64,000 nt of DNA from Hormiphora californensis (GCA_020137815.1 CM035357.1:1178001-1242000); one strand, 5' to 3'. Positions 14,186-28,409 are shown, counted from the stretch's first letter. Program-made: numbers and translations. Notes: a model not told the origin generated them from the letters alone.

Positions 14186-14889
14186 AAATTTAATCGTTAT
14201 CTACACCTTGCCCGTTACTTGCCATCCCCCCTAAGTATCACTTACGCCCTCTTCCTGCTGGGGTGTTTCTCCTGCTTGGTCCCTTTCCTCTTACCATCTT
14301 CGGGCTGTTCTTCGCCCGTGGCATTCGGCGTTTCATTTTTGTCGCTTATTTGCTACTATAGGTGGTATGAATATTTAGTTCGTTGCTGTTTCACTGTTGG
14401 GCAAAATTAAAATCTGGGTGTTTATCTTAACTTTGCTCCTTTATCAACAAGGATCTTAGCACACACGGTCCTCAGTTGACCAAGTATTTTGGCATAGGCC
14501 ATAAAGCTTTCAAATGGACCCATTCAGTGGATGATAACGGTTATTGTGTGATGAATGATCTTTTGCTGGGAATAAGCGTCCCTTACTCTTTATCAGTCCA
14601 GCTCCTAATTGTATAGCTCCTCAGCTCTATGTAAGTGTATGAATTTATTGATCACCTTTTTTCCCTACAGAATACTAATAGCTTCTCTTTGGTGCACGAG
14701 CACGTATTTCTCTCTGTCAGGGACGGCAAACTTGGTTTAAATTTAAACTACCTTCTAGGGCTTCCACCATGGTACAAAACGAAGTTGTTTAATTGCCACT
14801 CCAAGAGTTAGGACATAAATAAGTATCATCCGATATCAGATATTTCATCTAACTTACCTTACAAATTAAAAACAACAGAGGTTTTTAAG

Positions 14890-14946
14890 GTCTATTTTAC
14901 ACATGTTTCATGATACCCCACGAGGAGGCACCAATCATCAGTAGAC
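14890..14946 (-). ncRNA. Minimal type I hammerhead ribozyme, slightly degenerate
   Basis: GUCUA-CUGAUGA-U-UGGUGCCUC-cucgu-GGGGUAUCA-U-GAAAC-AUGU-GUA-aaa-UAGAC. Confidence 0.65.
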
Positions 14947-16204
14947 AAAGATCAAAATGACTTACCTTATTATAATGTATAAGCTTTTCTAACTTCAAAG
15001 TCCTGCTACTTCAGAAGAATCAGTTGACTCAATGAGAGTCTGTGTCTCTGATGTCGTATAGATCGGCGTCTTCTTTTTTAACTCCGTTTCCACGATTATT
15101 TGTAGCTTGTTCAAGGAATCCGTTACATGAGCCAGTCTTTTAGCCACGTTGTCGACTATTATGCTCGAATTGGAGGCCAAGGTTTTCGCTGCCTCTATAT
15201 CAGATGCGTACATAGGCAAGATACGTTCATTTGTAGCCGTTATTGTTGATCTGATCTTCAGCAAACCTGCTACCATGATGCTGGCCAGGATGAGCAGTGC
15301 TGATGTCGTATTGCTTCACGGTTCATTTCGCTGTTGATTGAAGAGCAGCGAAATTGCAACAAAATGTGTGTTATGGGCGGGGGTTCTGTTCCGCACGTAC
15401 AAACAAACACACAAACTTGGTGTTTATTGTTGCTATAGCAAAACGTGTAGTGGATCCTGCTAGCGGAAATTCCCGCCCTATAACGGATTGGATACATTGG
15501 ATACATGGGATACGGATTGGATGCCGGTGGGTGTGATTCGGTTGGGCAGTCCGGATCATCTCAAATTGGATGTTCATCTCTTTATTCATCCTTTGGAGCT
15601 GGTGTATGATGCCGCCTTGTCTGGAAGCAAGGTTAAGATTGGTGTACCATATGATGTATAGGTTATGATCCGCTTCATCTTCTTCTCCGAAGCACAAAAA
15701 TTCCTCGGGGATCGTCCCTCTAACCGTTCATAAAAACATCAGTTCTGCCCCATTTCCTCCACTTCCTGAATTCTAGTAGGCGTTTCCTTTATTCTAGTAG
15801 GCGTTTCCTTCATATATATATACCTCATTACTATACTGGTGCCGACATGGTGGCCCGCTATACAAACATAAATAAATATGCAATATATGTGTGATTAATT
15901 AATTATTTCACTGTCATACAGTGCACTTACGTGGCTAGGGGCAGTGCAAGTGTGCAATATATATACGCGACTCCATTTATACTACATAATATGCTGCTTT
16001 TCACATCCTTTTTGACCTTCAATTACAAATACTGGCCAGTATAATATAATTTTTCCGCCATAGCTCTTGTATAAAATGTAATCGATTTAGAAAATCTGAC
16101 ACACTTCAAATTAGCGATGGCATAAAATTTTAGAAAATATTATTTGCTATCCGAATGGTTCCAAAGATATCTTCTTCTACGGGGTGGGTGCCTTAAGAGG
16201 CTTT

Positions 16205-16385
16205 CGTTCCCCGTCCTGAATGATGTTGCCAAGCTGATTTGGCCCAAGGAGACTTGGGGAGCTGGTGCTATACCTGGCCACAGGGGAGACTGCCCATTAT
16301 CCAAAAAGATCACTGGTCATTGATCGTAATTTGTTGTGATCATTGTTCTTTGCTAAAACTATTTGCATTAACATTTTAACAGCCT
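16205..16385 (-). pseudogene. Possible NADAR-domain fragment
   Basis: AVKMLMQIVLAKNNDHNKLRSMTSDLF..SPVA...LLGPNQLGNII resembles NADAR M..I..AK...D.FWG...G.N.LG..L; contains a stop codon. Confidence 0.4.
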
Positions 16386-16962
16386 CAAACCCGGAAGAGG
16401 TTGACGTTGTCCCTGTCTCTTTCCCACGCGATATTTGCTTCATGGGCCGCCGTTCTCAATCTCCTCAATCGTGAACCATTGTTTTGAGGTCTTTTAGACA
16501 TGTGAGTACTTCGAACTCGGCCTTTCGCTTTGCTGTCTGTATGGAGTCCATCAGGAATTGCGCTTTGTGGCATAATATAGCTCTTTTACATCTCCTCACA
16601 ATCTGTCCTCAGTAGTGCCTTGAATGCCTCATCATTTTCATCGCAAAATACCCCCCCCCCATTGACTTTGGTTAATGCGCTCCATGAAACATTCCTGCCT
16701 AGTCAATTGACTCATTCGGCTATTCGAGTCAACTCTTTCTACTATACAGCAAGAAAGGTTGACTATGGATACAAGCCTTTTTACATCGTTAATGAGTCAT
16801 TTAGTTTTGCCTTCTTCGCATAATCGATTATCACTGAATAATAATCGAAATGATAGTTAGTTGCAACCCTATTGCCTGTGGTGGTTCTTCGTCTGGTGTG
16901 TTTCTCTCAATTAATATAATGTGTTGTCGGGTAAAATTAGAATGTGTAGCACCATAGTTATA

Positions 16963-17043
<81 letters not shown>

Positions 17044-18139
17044 CTCTCTCTTACCTCTCTCTTACCTCTCTCTGCCCTTTCCCTAGTTTACAAAATACCG
17101 TTATCACTGCTTGCCAATTTACAGCCACATTATTATATGAGAGAGGGAAGGGAGAGAAACACGCAATTGCGGTGACGTATCTGTCCACAAAACTTGTAAA
17201 CCAAAGGGAACCCATCCCTTTTAGGTATCACTTTAGTTTATTAGTATATTGCTACACCGTGCTACACTGAACTAAGTTTTTACCACAGCTGTTTTTGAGA
17301 AACCTAGCTTTTACATATTTTAGTTTTACCTCGATTAGATTTCTTGGCTATGACCGCTAGGGAAGCCCCGAGTGTGTTTGTATCAATGTAAAGTGTTCCA
17401 GTATCAATGTAAAGTGTCCCAGTATAAGATAATCGGTACACATGAATCGTCTCGTAATTCTAGTGACCGAGTTCAATATATGGCGGTATTAGAGGAGTGG
17501 GAGGCGAATGCTTCATCGTCACTCTGGCAACATTGTACGGGGCATTGAAATAACAAATTGAAACAACTTATTTCCAAACAAATGTTTCGATCAAATAAAT
17601 AAATTCGTCCCCGGTGTCCCCTAATGGAACTGGTGTGGTTCCAGGTTCAATTAAATGGTTCAATCTTTGAATCTTTTCTGTGGGTCCCCTTTTTCTGGTT
17701 TACCACTGTCCGCTCAACGAAGTTTCCAAATTGTGAAAGCATGAAAAGGTGTGAGCTTCAACAGGGATTGAACAGTTGGTATTAGGTGCTTCATAAATGT
17801 TTTTCTGGAATGAAGGGTAATATTATTAATAACGCTGAAAGGCTCATACCACAATATTGTGGTTGTTGCACTAATGCTATACTTTTCCTGTTCTCTTTAT
17901 CTACGTGAAAATGTTTTCACAATATCTCATGTTGAGTTGGTGGTCGAGTATGGGAACATAAACCCTGCGTTCGGGCTTTTTTACAAACGATTATTTTTGG
18001 ATTATTTATTACATGCAATAGAAAACACCCCAGTTTTGGGGGCCTTTTCTTTATTAGTTGACTGATCCCACCATTTAGTACGCCTTCAAATAAAATCAAA
18101 TAAAATCTTAAAATAAAATCACTACAATTACCAATATTT

Positions 18140-18225
18140 CTCCGTTCAATCTGGTTTTGAACGTCCCTCCTGTCATTCCAACATAGCGTTGTTCCACTTT
18201 GGTTTGTTTGGTAGTAATTTTGCAG
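18140..18225 (-). pseudogene. Penelope-like GIY-YIG N-terminal scrap
   Basis: HCKITTKQTKVEQRYVGMTGGTFKTRLNG. Confidence 0.75.
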
Positions 18226-20173
18226 TGAGTACGGCAGAGTGAACATCATGTGTCCCCCCACCCTTGAAAGTGGCGATATCAGATAACCATGTAGCTTTGA
18301 CCCATAACCACAACTAATTCCAGTGTTGTGTTGATAACCTCTCTACCATTATTTTGATTCTGTTGAGTTGCGTTTGAAGACTTCCAATTATTGGCGCATT
18401 CTGCTACTTGTCGACTTCCGGGTTAATTTCAAGAAATTGGCACAATCGATCTCTTTGCAATTTTCCTTTCCTATATCACTATATGATTCTCCCCTTAGTT
18501 TCTCCAATCATCTCTCTCCTCTATTGATGCTTGTTTCCCTTCAAACAATGCCTTCTATTTATAATGACCACTTCCCGTATTGATTATCGTATTAACGATA
18601 TATTTCCCAAAACCTCTCTCACAACATGCATCGTACAGCGGTTGTAGGACGTTTGAGTAGTGCAGTGTGTTATACTGATCACCGGTCTCCCTCGGTTGTG
18701 TACACGACCTGTCCGGACTGTAGAAGAACCAGCAACCTCCCCAGGTAAGAAGAAGCATTGTGTGCTGCATGCTACCAGTTTTAGTATTTTAAAGAAACCC
18801 CCAATCAATAATAATTAGCTCATTGTTTAGGCTTTGGGCATTATATCTAGACCATTATGCCAACTGCTACATGATTCCTCACTTTCCTCACTTTCTGATT
18901 GAGCATTTGGTCCAACAGGAGGCTGTTTTACCAGCTTTCTGGAGTTCCACCGCCTTGGTCTTGTTGTTTTTTGGTGCCATGGACCTTGGCTAGTACCTCA
19001 GAGTACTGTGCTGCGTGCTACCAGTTTTTATCATTTTAAAGAAAACAACAATCAACAATGATTATTGCCCTCGATTGGGGTTTTATATTTGGAAAGTGGA
19101 ATAACAGAGACGCAATAATTATCTTATTATTCATTGCGTATATTGTTTTCATCTTTTAGCTCTGCTGCTGCAGTGGTTATAAAATGAACATTTTTTTACA
19201 TGGCTCGGAAAAGTAAAAGTTACCAATGTGGTTTTCTTGTTTTCTTATCTTTGTAGTTGATTGGTTAGTTCCCCAAGTGAAATTCCTTTCAACTGTTAAA
19301 CGTGTATTAGTTGTCACGTCGAAAACACCGGGTATTGAAGACAACAGTCGAACAACTTATGTCGACCAGGTCCTTGCTTGGATTTTTCATGTTTGGAAAG
19401 CAGAATAGCAGGGACTAATATTTTTGGAACAAACATATCAAATGAGTCTGTCGTGGTCAACTTTATGACTTCTGATTCGAAGTGTTATATAACAGAATCA
19501 ATAATTAATATGAGTGCTACCATGCACTGTACTATGCTTATTATATTCAAATTATGCTTTAATTATGCTGTCGAATTGTTTGTCGGAAATCACCCGCCAT
19601 TACAACCAGCTAGCCACCAGAACAATGTTGCTCCGGCTGCTAAGTTGTATCTTGAACCATTAACATCAATGGCCCTAAATGCATCGAGAGGGATCGTATT
19701 TGCAACATTTTCTATGTCCGTCTTTTTTTCTTCAACTTCTTCAACAAGCCGGAATTGGTACACCACGAAAAGTATTGAGAAGAGCAATACTTAACTTCCA
19801 AGCAAATCAAACGAAAGTGACACTGAATGGTGTTCCATTAGACTGAATCAAGGGTATCAGACCCTGGTAGTTGTGAACCCTTTAATTGTTTAGTAGGGGT
19901 CCCCTGTTTCACACAACGAAATATTTTGAAAATACTCAAATGATTGTGTGACATGGTCAACTTTAAGTATCTAATGTCCTATATGTTTGATTGTCACTAT
20001 CACACATTCTAAATTAGAAGGGTCTCTCTCCCGTATGATCATTTTCAATATCATAGTCACCTTCTTATGTTTACTCCTCCAATCTCCATTACAGCAATGT
20101 TCTCAGAAACTCCCTTTTCATATTCAAATTATGTTATAAATTATAAAATATCCATATCCTAAATGTTTGATTT

Positions 20174-21624
20174 GGCACTGTTAGGAATGGCCGACACTAA
20201 CAATTTTTTTGTTAGTGTTTTTTGTTAGTGACGTCACTAACAAAAAAATTGTTAGTGTTTTCACTAACAATTTTCACTAACAAAAAAATTGTTAGTGTTT
20301 TCACTAACAATTTTCACTAACAAAAATTTTGTTAGTGTTTTCACTAACAATTTTCACTAACAAAAATTTTGTTAGTGTTTCTAATTGGGGTGATATATAT
20401 GGTTATGAGATACGATTCAGGGACGCCTTATTGGCAGTGTGAGACGATACGGGTTATGGAACATGATTCTGTGAAGCTTATTAGGATGGTTAGGCGACAT
20501 GAGACACGATTCGGGGAAGGTTTTCTTCGTTTTTCCAGTAACGATACATGGAAAATGAAGATATTTGTGAGTAGACAAGAAATACACCAATTTCAAGAGA
20601 ATAAAACTAAAACCACAAATCAAATAACTTGTCCACATTTAGTTGCTCTGTTGAAAGGCTCTCCATTTGAGATATTGCCAGTTTGGCGGATTTTGTGGCA
20701 GGTTCGTTCATCCGATTGTGTATGGTGTCGGGGAAGAGTGTGCAGAGCCGTCCAATGGGTCTGTAAACTCTCTTGTAAGTTCACTTCCTCATTATCAAGT
20801 AGGAGCGATATACTGGGAGCGATATACTGGGATACCGTCGTATCAGCTCACATTGTAAGCGGTTCTGCCGCTAATGAGGTACACCGAATCGTGAGCACTG
20901 AGCCCCGATACGGGATACTGCTCACGATTCGGTGTGCCTCATTAGCAGCGGAACCTCTTACAACATCAACCGATACGGGATACTGCTCACGATTCGGTGT
21001 ACCTCATGCCGATACGTGATACCTCAAGTGCAGTGGTAATCGGTCTGTTTGATAACCGGATCATATGGTGCGGTAATTGGTTCATGTGCATGTGGCAGGG
21101 TGATAGGATCATATGGTGTGGTAATCGGTTCGTATTGTACTCCAATTGTTGGACAGAGCAACTAAATATGGACAAGTTATTTGATTTGTGTTTTTAGTTT
21201 TATTCTCTTGAAATTGGTGTATTCCTTGTCTACTCACAAATATCTTCATTTTCCATGTATCGTTACTTGAAAAACGAAGAAAACCTTCCCCGAATCGTGT
21301 CTCATGTCGCCTAACCATCCTAATAAGCTTCACCGAATCATGTTCCATAACCCGTATCGTCTCACACTGCCAATAATGTGTCCCTGAATCGTATCTCATA
21401 ACCATCACCCCAATTAGAAACACTAACAAAATTTTTGTTAGTGAAAATTGTTAGTGAAAACACTAACAAAATTTTTGTTAGTGAAAATTGTTAGTGAAAA
21501 CACTAACAATTTTTTTGTTAGTGAAAATTGTTAGTGAAAACACTAACAATTTTTTTGTTAGTGACGTCACTAACAAAAAACACTAACAAAAAAATTGTTA
21601 GTGTCGGCCATTCCTAACAGTGCC
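20174..21624. mobile_element. Merlin-like non-autonomous foldback element (1451 bp)
   Basis: GGCACTGTTAGGAATGGCCG termini, ~470-bp TIRs containing CACTAACAA arrays, 8-bp TSD TTTGATTT (20166-20173/21625-21632); internal hairpin at 20860-20957. Confidence 0.85.
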
Positions 21625-21933
21625 TTTGATTTTCACAAGCATTCAATTGGGACCGTGGAAGTCGTACTCCTCTATAGAGGTCCAAGAATCATCCACCGTA
21701 CCCTCATCATCAGTACAATGATCAGATGATCCATTCTCTGACGCATCATCTTCAAGGAAGGGTAATATTTCCAAACACAATACATTCCAGGATATGGTTG
21801 GTACGTGGTGACTCAAGCCCTGATTTGACCCATTATATCCCACTGGCACGGCGCCAGGTAATACAAATGTAATATAGTAATGTGTGATCCTATCTTGTCC
21901 TTCCCCCTGAAATCGCTATGATGTGCTTACACT

Positions 21934-24258
21934 ACTAGTATACCTCGACCAAAACGCGGAGTTTTTACGTCAGCCGACCCGAAACCGGATTAAATTTGGC
22001 CACCCGCTGGTCTCAGGGCCTCAGAACATGTCAAAATATGTTAATATTATCATTCTGGGTCATTTAGACCTTTTCATTACATGTAATCACCCTTTAATTA
22101 CATGTAATTACATTTTAATTACATGTAATTACTTCCAATTACATTCCAATTACTTCAGCACCTCGAGAGCTTTCGAACGCACCCTAGAACACCTTTCTAC
22201 TCCTTCCAATTACCGAGTTCTGTATACCCCTTATTTTGACTGTTTTTCGCGTCCTACCCCTTATAGGTTTGGGTATGGCCATCGCCACACCCCCTATACG
22301 TCGCGGGACCTCGAGACCTTTCCAACGAGCCATAGAACACCTCTCTACTACTTCAGGGGGCTTCAAAACTTTCACTCTAAAAATATCTATGGTTATGGTT
22401 ATGGTTATGGTTTATGGTTTACCTCGACCAAAACGCGGAGTTTTTACGTCAGCCGACCCGAAACCGGATTAAAGTTGGCCACCCGCTGGTCTCAGGGCCA
22501 CAAAATATGTCAAAATATGTTTAAATTATCATTTGGGATCATGCAGACCTTTTAATTACATGTAATTACCCTTTAATTACATGTAATTACATTTTAATTA
22601 CATGTAATTACTTCCAATTACATTCCAATTACTTCAGCACCTCGAGAGCTTTCGAACGCACCCTAGAACACCTTTCTACTCCTTCCAATTGCCGAGTTCT
22701 GTATACCCCTTATTTTGACTGTTTTTCGCGTCCTACCCCTTATAGGTTTGGGTATGGCCATCGCCACACCCCCTATACGTCGCGGGACCTCGAGACCTTT
22801 CCAACGAGCCATAGAACACCTCTCTACTACTTCAGGGGGCTTCAAAACTTTCACTCTAAAAATATCTATGGTTTTATGGTTTATGGTTTATGGTTACTCG
22901 ACCAAAACGCGGAGTTTTTACGTCAGCCGACCCGAAACCAGATTAAATTTGGCCACCCGTTGGTCTCAGGGCCTCAAAATATGTCAAAATATATTTAAAT
23001 TATCATTTGGGGTCATTTAGACCTTTTAATTACATGTAATTACCCTTTAATTACATCTAATTACATTTTAATTACATGTAATTACTTCCAATTACATTCC
23101 AATTACTTCAGCACCTCGAGAGCTTTCTAACGCACCCTAGAACACCTGTCTACTCCTTCTAATTGCCGAGATCTGCATACCCCTTATTTTGACTGTTTTT
23201 CGCGTCCTACCCCTTATGGGTTTGGGTACGGCCATCGCCGCACCCCCTATACGTCGCGGGACCTCGAGACCTTTCCAACGAGCCATAGAACACCTCTCTA
23301 CTACTTCAGGGGGCTTCAAAACTTTCACTCTAAAAATATCTATGGTTATGGTTTTATGGTTTATGGTTACCTCGACCAAAACGCGGAGTTTTTACGTCAG
23401 CCGACCCGAAACCGGATTAAATTTTGCCACCCGCTGGTCTCAGGGCCTCCAAATATGTCAAAATATGTTTAAATTATCATTTGGGATCATGCAGACCTTT
23501 TAATTACATGTAATTACCCTTTAATTACATGTAATTACACTTTAATTACATGTAATTACTTCCAATTACATTCCAATTACTTCAGCACCTCGAGAGCTTT
23601 CGAACGCACCCTAGAACACCTTTCTACTCCTTCTAATTGCCGAGTTCTGTATACCCCTTATTTTGACTGTTTTTCGCGTCCTACCCCTTATAGGTTTAGG
23701 TATGGCCATCACCACACCCCCTATACGTCGCGGGACCTCGAGACCTTTCCAACGAGCCATAGAACACCTCTCTACTACTTCAGGGGGCTTCAAAACTTTC
23801 ACTCTAAAAATATCTATGGTTTTATGGTTATGGTTATGGTTATGGTTTTATGGTTTTATGGTTTTTTTTCATCTGGTATTAAGGGCCTGTCGGCTCGGCC
23901 CCGTTGTTTTAGTTTTAGGGGGGATGTTTTAGGGGGGATGGGTTGAGTTTGGGTTATATTCGGGTCGGGGGGCCTTACCAGGCCCCGATGGTTTTTTTTT
24001 CATCTGGTATTAAGGGCCTGTCGGCTCGGCCCCGTTGTTTTAGTGTTAGGGAGGATGTTTTAGGGGGGATGGGTTGAGTTTGGGTTATATTCGGGTCGGG
24101 GGGCCTTGCCAGGCCCCGAAATGGTTATGGTTTTTTTTCATCTGGTATTAAGGGCCTGTCGGCTCGGCCCCGTTGTTTTAGTTTTAGGGGGGATGTTTTA
24201 GGGGGGATGGGTTGAGTTTGGGTTATATTCGGGTCGGGGGGCCTTACCAGGCCCCGAA
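21934..24258. repeat. Composite tandem array: 4 x ~476 bp plus 3 x ~130 bp units separated by (TATGGT)n; Helentron/DINE-like architecture
   Basis: Units start at 21941, 22420, 22895, 23368; short units at ~23870, 24001, 24139; inverted decamer CCGACCCGAA (21974)/TTCGGGTCGG (24228) followed by a terminal GC hairpin. The array is certain; the family assignment is tentative. Confidence 0.85.
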
Positions 24259-24789
24259 TTTGATGTGGTCCCTATATTTTGAAGGGTGGTAGTGCAGTAT
24301 GGTCCCTCTTTGTTGGCCTGTGCTAGTCCCATGTCAACTCCATCTTCTAAAAGTGCTCTGAGCAGGACTACAGAATCCCGGCTGACGGCCTTCCAGATGC
24401 GATTATCAATGGGGAAGAACTAAAAAGTTTGTACACCATCATTTACATGATATAATTCATCTAGTTCATTACTCGATACTCATTACGTATATTGTTTTCA
24501 TATTTTAGCTCTACTGTACTGTAGTGGTTACAATATGAACATTTTTTACAGGGCTCGGAATTTAAACTGATGTAGGTTTTGGTGTTGGTGGCCTTGGTTA
24601 GTTAGTTCCCAAGTAAAAAGTATCGTTCCTTCTTTTCGAAATTCCACAATTGTGTTGGAGTCAACAAGGATCGATATTACTGTTCTTTTCGCCGCAATCT
24701 CAAAATTCTCGAGAGGTTCTATCTTCTCCCTCGCCTGTGCTTTCTCCATTCCCCTGCGGGTTACGTGGCATCCGTATAGGAACTTTGTG

Positions 24790-24968
24790 TTTGGGGTGTT
24801 GGCCATGTTGTTTCTGTTACATCTACTGTTTTTAGGATGATTGAGCCGAGATTCAAGTGCCCCACTACCTTCCATAATATACAACTGGTTAAATTGAGGC
24901 GTGTGTCCATGTGTAGGGTTAATGGATTAATGGAACCCACACAGGTGTGGATTTGTCCGTGAATACCA
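24790..24968 (-). pseudogene. Helitron RepHel N-terminal fragment
   Basis: IHGQIHTCVGSINP / THGHTPQFNQLYIMEGSGALESRLNHPKNSRCNRNNM matches IHGQ.YH..G.L.P.....P.FAQLYI (one frameshift). Confidence 0.8.
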
Positions 24969-25494
24969 CTGCCAGTTAGTTTTGATCTTCTTGTTTTGAT
25001 CTTCTTGTACCATTTGCGAATGCAAATGGTGAATTGTAATTTATTTTCGAATATTGTCATAGAAGTTTGAGATGCTGAATGAATTTAATCGCAGTAGAAC
25101 TTGGAGCTCCAACAAGATTTCCATCATGTGTCTAGGATCCAACTCGTTTCCGGCAAAAAAGTGCTCAAGCCGACAGTAAACTGTGACGGGTGTATCACAA
25201 TGAAACAATACAGCTGTATTTAGGACGCTTTCGTTGTGATGCTGAATGAATATTATAATTATTAAAAACATAATCGAGTTTATCATCTTGGGCGTCGCTT
25301 TCTTTTCGTTGATCGAAGACAAGAGTGATCCAATGCAACTTGCAAGTAACACGGTTGATTTTAACGAGAGTTGGTTTCATGAGACACCAATCATCAGTAG
25401 GAACAACAAAAGTTGTGAATAGCTAAACCACTGTTCAACCTGTTTCAACGTCCATTCGACTGATCTAGGGTCGATCTTTAATTTGAATAAAAAT

Positions 25495-25580
25495 ACTGTT
25501 AAAACTCTTCGCTCGGGACATTGCTACGTATAATTGTCCGTGTCCAAATACTGGGTTAGGAAAATAAAGTCCTCCAGGGT
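25495..25580 (-). pseudogene. Helitron PIF1-type helicase motif VI scrap (duplicate at ~28497-28582)
   Basis: GGLYFPNPVFGHGQLYVAMSRAKSFNSIFI. Confidence 0.8.
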
Positions 25581-26735
25581 TGAATTTCCAATCATTCCCC
25601 AGATTTCATGTCTCCTTTGCTGAATTTTTGAATCTTGGATAAAGATGGGTTGTGCTGGATGAATGAGATTGACATGATGGTGGCTGAACAATGTTCAATG
25701 AATTCATGAATTAAAAAACATGTGGTTGTCCCACAGTTTTTCCATTTGTGGTATTCCCCCAGTCCCTTTTCCTGACAGGTTTTTGTAAATCTGCTATTTG
25801 CCCTTGGCAGATACTAGGTCTAGTAAGGGATGTCGAAAATGGAAAGACCGTCTTACCAATTAATATTTATCTTTATCCAGATCCTCATCATTTCGGGAGC
25901 TCGTACAAAATACAAGCAGCTCGTTTAGAGTCGTTCGTAGTTTGCAACGATTCAGTATATTTTGATTAGAAATTTATCGATTTTTCGTTCCCCTTATGAC
26001 TAAGATTCTCGATAAGTCGGAGGGCCAATCGTCGTTCCATTCCTTCTCGGTGAAAAGCAAAAACGCCCCACCTTTCCCCTTCGCATCCATTCACACATCC
26101 CCTGATGTTCCACAGATCTGACAGCTGTATACCCACCATGTCCTTAAGGGGGAGGAGGAACAGGTCCCTCATAACATCGTCAGCTGGAATGGAGTAAACT
26201 GATTACCTTAGTGTTTTTGTGCACACTCCATTGGCATCCAGCTGATTCCGTCAGGCCGAGCCTGATCATCTGCAATTAGTGGATTCGTAGTTATGTCGTT
26301 TCAAAATGACGTTACTTTAAATATATTAGGTCTATAGAAATTCTTTTCTTGACGATTCTTTTCTTGACGATAATTTTATGATAAAAAAATCAATACTTCT
26401 TTCAAAACCCTATTCAATCTATCACAAAGGTACACCCGCACAGTCGTGTTCCTTTCTTTTGCGCTTCGGAGCTTTTTTTAATTAAAAGGTAAAGATTTTC
26501 AAAATCCGTTTTTTTAATCTATCACAATGAATTGATGAAATGACCTAATTAACATACAACTAAAGAATGTACTTATAAGATTAATTAAAGAATGCACTGT
26601 TCCGTGAATATAATGGAACTTGTCATCTATAGTGTTTACGAAACTTGTGGTGTCGAGTGAAAACAAAGGGTGAAGACTGAAGGGTGATTGTAATCATTCT
26701 TAAATTAAGAAAACTATATGGAATAACTGTGTTAA

Positions 26736-27727
26736 GGCCAGAGGGGGGGGTCGACGGGTTTTTTGGGGTGTTTTTTGAGGTATACGTTATATGAAAGCGC
26801 TGGGCAAGGCGGATCGATTAGAACAGATGTCATCGATGTTGCGCGCACCGTTTGGCCAAAATTTGGGGGTTAACATTTGGCCTATAATGGATGTTAACCC
26901 CTATAAATCAGGATTGGTGGGGTCTAGAACATCCATCATTGTACCAAAGGCTTCGTCTTGTCTTGATACAACTTCCTGAAAAGTTTTATGTCGTTACTCC
27001 AACTACTTCTTGATTTTTTGGGGGTTTACAAAATATGCGGAAAAAGCCCTTTTTGCCTCTAATTTTGCTCTTTTTTGGGACATCCTGCCTCACTTCCTGA
27101 AATAACGGCTAGGACTCAGACCTTGCCGTTTGGCATAGTTGTTCTAGAGACCGTGTTCTTCAAATTTGGTGTAGCGATTTTTGATTAAGGCCCCCGTTCA
27201 AAAATTATAGGGGTTTACATAAAATTTTCATGGACAAAACAAATGTTAACCCCTATAATTTTTGAACGGGGGCCTTAATCAAAAATCGCTACACCAAATT
27301 TGAAGAACACGGTCTCTAGAACAACTATGCCAAACGGCAAGGTCTGAGTCCTAGCCGTTATTTCAGGAAGTTAGGCAGGATGTCCCAAAAAAGAGCAAAA
27401 TTAGAGGCAAAAAGGGCTTTTTCCGCATATTTTGTAAACCCCCAAAAAATCAAGAAGTAGTTGGAGTAACGACATAAAACTTTTCAGGAAGTTGTATCAA
27501 GACAAGACGAAGCCTTTGGTACAATGATGGATGTTCTAGACCCCACCAATCCTGATTTATAGGGGTTAACATCCATTATAGGCCAAATGTTAACCCCCAA
27601 ATTTTGGCCAAACGGTGCGCGCAACATCGATGACGTCTGTTCTAATCGATCCGCCTTGCCCAGCGCTTTCATATAACGTATACCTCAAAAAACACCCCAA
27701 AAAACCCGTCGACCCCCCCCTCTGGCC
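26736..27727. mobile_element. Kolobok-type foldback element, copy 1 (992 bp)
   Basis: TTAA on both flanks, GGCCAGAG termini, ~480-bp near-perfect arms; empty TTAA site at ~30579. Confidence 0.88.
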
Positions 27728-27731
27728 TTAA

Positions 27732-28409
27732 GGCCAGAGGGGGGGGGGGTCGACGGGTTTTTTGGGGTGTTTTTTGAGGTATACGTTTCTATTCGGTTTG
27801 AGTACTATATAAGTGATTGTGAAACAGTAGTATTGAGTACTTATGTGCCTCGCCCGGCTAATCTAGTGAATCTCCTTGCTGTACAGCTTGTTAAACAAGG
27901 AAGTGAAACTAGAGGGTTCTGTACAGAGTTTCTCTTTACTATTCACATCATTTACATTCTAAAAATATGAAAGCGCTGGGCAAGGCGGATCGATTAGAAC
28001 AGACGTCATCGATGTTGCGCGCACCGTTTGGCCAAAATTTGGGGGTTAACATTTGGCCTATAATGGATGTTAACCCCTATAAATCAGGATTGGTGGGGTC
28101 TAGAACATCCATCATTGTACCAAAGGCTTCGTCTTGTCTTGATACAACTTCCTGAAAAGTTTTATGTCGTTACTCCAACTACTTCTTGATTTTTTGGGGG
28201 TTTACAAAATATGCGGAAAAAGCCCTTTTTGCCTCTAATTTTGCTCTTTTTTGGGACATCCTGCCTCACTTCCTGAAATAACGGCTAGGACTCAGACCTT
28301 GCCGTTTGGCATAGTTGTTCTAGAGACCGTGTTCTTCAAATTTGGTGTAGCGATTTTTGATTAAGGCCCCCGTTCAAAAATTATAGGGGTTAACATTTGT
28401 TTTGTCCAT
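27732..28409. mobile_element. Kolobok-type element, copy 2: half element with a ~178-bp insert (27788-27965)
   Basis: Shares the TTAA at 27728-27731 with copy 1; truncated within the central spacer. Confidence 0.85.

Noticed and set aside
20369-21429. 216-aa and 106-aa ORFs in the Merlin-like element as a transposase
   Set aside because: Mirror-image ORFs from the TIRs, non-ATG starts, no DDE motif
21923-23932. Recurrent ORFs in the 476-bp array
   Set aside because: Products of tandem repetition, with frames varying between units
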